From Neoechinorhynchus agilis (taxonomy: Eukaryota; Animalia; Acanthocephala): a stretch of DNA of 64,000 nucleotides. The DNA lies in contig CM121341.1 in NCBI GenBank assembly GCA_051530055.1, positions 7,294,784 to 7,358,783 of the forward strand. The letters are read 5' to 3'. Positions 58,816 to 64,000 of the stretch are shown here, piece by piece. Below the pieces are notes generated by a model, which worked only from the letters and a program-made list of their open reading frames with translations, made no database searches and had not been told where the DNA came from. Position numbers and translations under genes: made by a program. Numbering within the stretch: the first letter of the stretch is position 1; each line of letters starts with the position of its first letter.

Positions 58816-60424
58816 TCATGCAGACATTTGAACCGTCTGCTGTTGCTGCGACCAGATCGCCGTCGATTGATCTTGGTCGTCCTCGGACGACTTTGTCTGC
58901 TCTGGCTGACCGGGTGCGCTCGTCATGCTTTGATCTACCTGAAACTCTGCGACGTAGAGAGCAGGTTCAATCGTCTTCGGAATCGGTATAATTCGGGTAG
59001 CCAATTCCCGTTCAATTGACTGTATTGTCGATCGATCCTCAAATGTAATAAGATTTATCGCGATTCCAAGATGACCAAATCTTCCTGAACGCCCAATCCT
59101 GTGTAAATACGTTTCTGCCATTTTAGGGAAATCAAAATTTATCACTACATTAACTGCCGGAATGTCAATTCCGCGGGTCAATAGATCAGAACAAACTAGG
59201 TTACGACAATGACCAGCACGGAAATCGTGAAAAACGCGATTTCGGTGCTCCTGCTTCATTTTCGCGTGGATATAAAAACACGAGAAACCAAGCTCGGTGA
59301 TCTTCTTTGCCAAAAGTTCCACCCTCTGAGTACTATTGCAAAATATAATGCTCTGATTGATCTGCAGCTTTGAAAATAGCGTATTAAGGCAGTGAACTTT
59401 TTGACGTTCTTGAACAAATGCATAATACTGGGTCACTCCCTTTAGCGTCAATTCGTCCATGAGGTTGATCTCATGAGGATTGTTCATGTATCGCCTGACA
59501 AAGTTCTCAACGGTCACGGGAAACGTCGCCGAGTACAACATTATTTGTTTTGAACGGGGAAGCTCACGAACGATGTCATCAAGCATGTTCTTGAAATCCT
59601 GACTGAGAAGCTTGTCGGCTTCGTCGAGCACTAGCATTTTACAGTGTTGCATCTTTGCACATCCTTTACGGATGAGGTCAATAATGCGACCAGGAGTTGC
59701 AATGACCAAGTGAACCTTGTTGAACAGTCGCATATGGACTAGAAGGTCTCATCTATAAGATTAGGAGCTCCTTCTCTGAGACCTCCTATTCCCTAAAGTC
59801 GTCACGAAGATTTGTGCCACCAGTGGAAACCATAACCCGTATGTCGGTATGTTTGCTAAGCTCTATACAAATTTGGCTTGTTTGTAGGGCGAGTTCCCGA
59901 GTTGGGACTACAATAAGTGCCTGGATATTGAATTCGGTTGCATCGATACGATCTAGAATTGGAATTGCGTATGCACCAGTTTTGCCAGTGCCATTTTTGG
60001 CACGGGCTAGGATATCACGGCCTGTTAGGGCCACTGGAATACTTGCTTCTTGAATTGGACTCGGTCGCTCCCATCCCTTTTCAAATACACCCATCAACAG
60101 TTCGCGGCTTAAACAATAATCTTCGAACGAATGACCATGAGTGCGGGTAACGTCTGTTGTTTTTATACGGCGGTCAACGGGAGGTCGTTTGATCGTACTT
60201 TTCCAATCGTCGCTACTTATTGATTTCGCAGACGATGATGACGGCAATGGTTGCAACTTCGATGACGGTGATGCCGGTTTCGTAACATTGGAGGACGACT
60301 CCATTTCCGGAATTGGATCTAAGACGGCGGCGCCCTGAGCAATTGGGGCTTGTAGGATTGCGGCATGTTTGTCGGAAGAGGCCGCGACCTCACTTGTGTT
60401 TGAAGTACTGTTACTCATAATCAT
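58816..60424 (-). CDS. DDX6: DEAD-box helicase DDX6/Me31B/Dhh1, two exons
   Basis: [58 protein letters not shown] and [15 protein letters not shown]; the exons are separated by a 61-nt insertion. Confidence 0.95.
59734..59794 (-). other. Non-canonical AG...AT hairpin intron (61 nt) in DDX6
   Basis: AGGGAATAGGAGGTCTCA vs the reverse-complemented end ATGGACTAGAAGGTCTCA (15/18). It contains an in-frame TAG; removal gives [12 protein letters not shown] (family consensus [12 protein letters not shown]). Confidence 0.8.
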
Positions 60425-61184
60425 TTTCCTATTCTTGCGGTCGAATGTGAACAGAAGAAAGTTGTTGAGACGAGATATACTGAAAAGTGGCAGATTTAAG
60501 AAATACGAAACGGTCACGCATAAGGATACTCAATCAAGTACTCAAGATATGGTCTCTACATACAAAAAATATTGAATCAGGATATTTTGAGAGAGGAAAA
60601 CGATCATAACCATCCTTTTAATGATTAAAGATATGAAATTTTCAAAACATTAAAAGTAAAAAAATTATCATCGAGTCGGGATTTTGACCTTATGACAAGC
60701 AATCGGATAAAATGACAAAACTAGTCCGGAACGTCACGTGGGTCGATTCGTTAGCCTTCGAATAAGGGAAACGATCACAGGAGAAAGACTTTCCTTGAAA
60801 GATAAATCGACGCGACCTCGGCTGGCGCCTGAGTCGTGATTGACTCTAAGAATAGAAGTAAATATAAAAACACTCAAAGTAAACAAAAAAATAAGATTGT
60901 AGATTTTCAAAACTCGAACTTGACACGAATCCAAAACTTTTAGGTCAACATGATTCACACGACTTTTGGGCGATCAAATAAAAGGGATTATCCAAATCAA
61001 AGCGAATGGGCACAGAAAAGGATGAATAAAAAATGGATCCATACGCGACATCGCTTCCAGCACAGAACAAAAAGTACGCGGCACAAGTCTATGCAATAAA
61101 CGCGCACATGACGGCAACAGCGAGTACTTTGGTAGAACGCGCAAACGATGATGACAAGCGATGGGGCGTGTATGTGACAAGGGA

Positions 61185-64000
61185 GGATAAGGTGGAGCGA
61201 TCCAGATTAATGTTTTGGTGGTTCTAATGGAAAGCACGTTTACGAGATAGTGACGTCATTTCTTAAAAAAAGGAGATGTTTATTTTGTAGGTCAAAAAAC
61301 GGAGGAGGTGGAGCGATCCAGATTAATGTTTTGGTGGTTCTAATGGAAAGCACGTTTACGAGATAGTGACGTCATTTTGAAAAAAAGGAGAAGTTTATTT
61401 TGTAGGTCAAAAAAGGGAGGACGAGGTGGAGCGATCCAGATTAATGGGGTTCTTGGAAAGCACGTTTACGAGATAGTGACGTCATTTTTAAAAAAAGGAG
61501 ATGTTTATTTTGTAGGTCAAAAAACGGAGGAGGTGGAGCGATCCAGATTAATGTTTCGGGGTTTTGATGGATAGCACGTTTACGAGATAGTGACGTCATT
61601 TCTTAAAAAAAGGAGATGTTTATTTTGTAGGTCAAAAAAGGGATGACGAGGTGGAGCGATCCAGATTAATGTTTTGGTGGTTCTAATGGAAAGCACGTTT
61701 ACGAGATAGTGACGTCATTTCTTAAAAAAAAGGAGATGTTTATTTTGTAGGTCAAAAAAGGGAGGACGAGGTGGAGCGATCCAGATTAATGTTTCGGGGT
61801 TTTGATGGAAAGCACGTTTACGAGATAGTGACGTCATTTTTTAAAAAAAGGAGATGTTTATTTTGTAGGTCAAAAAAGGGATGACGAGGTGGAGCGATCC
61901 AGATTAATGTTTTGGTGGTTCTAATGGAAAGCACGTTTACGAGATAGTGACGTCATTTTTTAAAAAAAGGAGATGTTTATTTTGTAGGTCAAAAAAGGGA
62001 GGAGGTGGAGCGATCCAGATTAATGTTTCGGGGTTTTGATGGAAAGCACGTTTACGAGATAGTGACGTCATTTTTAAAAAAAAGGAGATGTTTATTTTGT
62101 AGGTCAAAAAAGGGAGGACGAGGTGGAGCGATCCAGATTAATGTTTCGGGGTTTTGATGGAAAGCACGTTTACGAGAAAGTGACGTCATTTTTAAAAAAA
62201 AGGAGATGTTTATTTTGTAGGTCAAAAAAGGGATGACGAGGTGGAGCGATCCAGATTAATGTTTTGGTGGTTCTAATGGAAAGCACGTTTACGAGATAGT
62301 GACGTCATTTCTTAAAAAAAGGAGATGTTTATTTTGTAGTTCAAAAAACGGAGGAGGTGGAGCGATCCAGATTAATGTTTCGGGGTTTTGATGGATAGCA
62401 CGTTTACGAGATAGTGACGTCATTTTAAAAAAAGGAGATGTTTATTTTGTAGGTCAAAAAAGGGATGACGAGGTGGAGCGATCCAGATTAATGTTTTGGT
62501 GGTTCTAATGGAAAGCACGTTTACGAGATAGTGACGTCATTTCTTAAAAAAAGGAGATGTTTATTTTGTAGGTCAAAAAAGGGAGACGAGGTGGAGCGAT
62601 CCAGATTAATGTTTTGGTGGTTCTAATGGAAAGCACGTTTACGAGATAGTGACGTCATTTCTTAAAAAAAGGAGATGTTTATTTTGTAGGTCAAAAAAGG
62701 GATGACGAGGTGGAGCGATCCAGATTAATGTTTCGGTGGTTCTAATGGAAAGCACGTTTACGAGATAGTGACGTCATTTTTAAAAAAAAGGAGATGTTTA
62801 TTTTGTAGGTCAAAAAAGGGATGACGAGGTGGAGCGATCCAGATTAATGTTTTGGTGGTTCTAATGGAAAGCACGTTTACGAGATAGTGACGTCATTTTT
62901 AAAAAAAGGAGATGTTTATTTTGTAGGTCAAAAAAGGGAGGACGAGTGGAGCGATCCAGATTAATGTTTCGGGGTTATTGATGGAAAGCACGTTTACGAG
63001 ATAGTGACGTCATTTTTAAAAAAAAGGAGATGTTTATTTTGTAGGTCAAAAAAGGGATGACGAGGTGGAGCGATCCAGATTAATGTTTTGGTGGTTCTAA
63101 TGGAAAGCACGTTTGAGATAGTGACGTCATTTTTAAAAAAAAGGAGATGTTTATTTTGTAGGTCAAAAAAGGGAGGACGAGGTGGAGCGATCCAGATTTA
63201 CGTTTCGGGGTTATTGATGGAAAGCACGTTTACGAGAAAGTGACGTCATTTTAAAAAAAGGAGAAGTTTATTTTGTAGGTCAAAAAAGGGAGGACGAGGT
63301 GGAGCGATCCAGATTAATGTTTTGGTGGTTCTAATGGAAAGCACGTTTACGAGAAAGTGACGTCATTTTAAAAAAAAGGAGATGTTTATTTTGTAGGTCA
63401 AAAAAGGGAGGACGAGGTGGAGCGATCCAGATTAATGTTTTGGTGGTTCTAATGGAAAGCACGTTTACGAGATAGTGACGTCATTTTAAAAAAAAGGAGA
63501 TGTTTATTTTGTAGTTCAAAAAAGGGATGACGAGGTGGAGCGATCCAGATTTACGTTTCGGGGTTATTGATGGAAAGCACGTTTACGAGATAGTGACGTC
63601 ATTTTTTAAAAAAAGGAGATGTTTATTTTGTAGGTCAAAAAAGGGAGGACGAGGTGGAGCGATCCAGATTAATGTTTCGGGGTTATTGATGGAAAGCACG
63701 TTTACGAGAAAGTGACGTCATTTTTAAAAAAAAGGAGATGTTTATTTTGTAGGTCAAAAAAGGGAGGACGAGGTGGAGCGATCCAGATTAATGTTTCGGT
63801 GGTTCTAATGGAAAGCACGTTTACGAGATAGTGACGTCATTTTTAAAAAAAGGAGATGTTTATTTTGTAGTTCAAAAAAGGGATGACGAGGTGGAGCGAT
63901 CCAGATTTACGTTTCGGTGGTTCTAATGGAAAGCACGTTTACGAGAAAGTGACGTCATTTTTTAAAAAAAGGAGATGTTTATTTTGTAGGTCAAAAAAGG
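61185..64000. repeat. Tandem satellite, ~117-bp unit, about 24 copies, running off the window end
   Basis: GGTGGAGCGATCCAGATT recurs about every 116-118 bp; two main variants (GTTTTGGTGGTTCTAATGG / GTTTCGGGGTTTTGATGG); TGACGTCA in each unit. Confidence 0.97.

Overview
AT-rich, gene-dense eukaryotic (metazoan) nuclear DNA; not prokaryotic, and no CRISPR, rRNA or convincing tRNA was seen. Recognisable spliced genes: HGH1, GPATCH4-like, a PTP1B/TC-PTP-like phosphatase, a CFAP20-domain protein, URB2-like, SS18-like, POP1, USO1/p115, SH3BP5-like, a shortened NBN/NBS1, a dynein light chain-like protein and DDX6/Me31B, plus several orphan ORFs. Seven tandem arrays (units of about 307, 105, 400, 148, 152, 394 and 117 bp), several palindromic MITE-like elements, decayed CRE-like and RTE-like non-LTR retrotransposon fragments, and a mitochondrial insertion (cob plus a possible nad5) copied 25 kb away in a ~1.7-1.9 kb inverted duplication. 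Main discovery: most introns are ordinary 43-60 nt GT-AG introns, but up to seven frame-restoring insertions in four genes (PTP, POP1, USO1, DDX6) are best read as non-canonical AG...AC / AG...AT introns with inverted-repeat (hairpin) ends. This resembles the transposon-derived introns reported in the appendicularian tunicate Fritillaria. The ~45 nt introns and an AGA codon that reads best as Gly in the NUMT also point to an appendicularian, but this is inference. A 394-bp tandem unit also carries all core strands of a hammerhead ribozyme in an unusual order. Protein identifications are from remembered family motifs, not database searches. Homopolymer noise in the arrays suggests long-read indel errors, so single frameshifts are treated cautiously.
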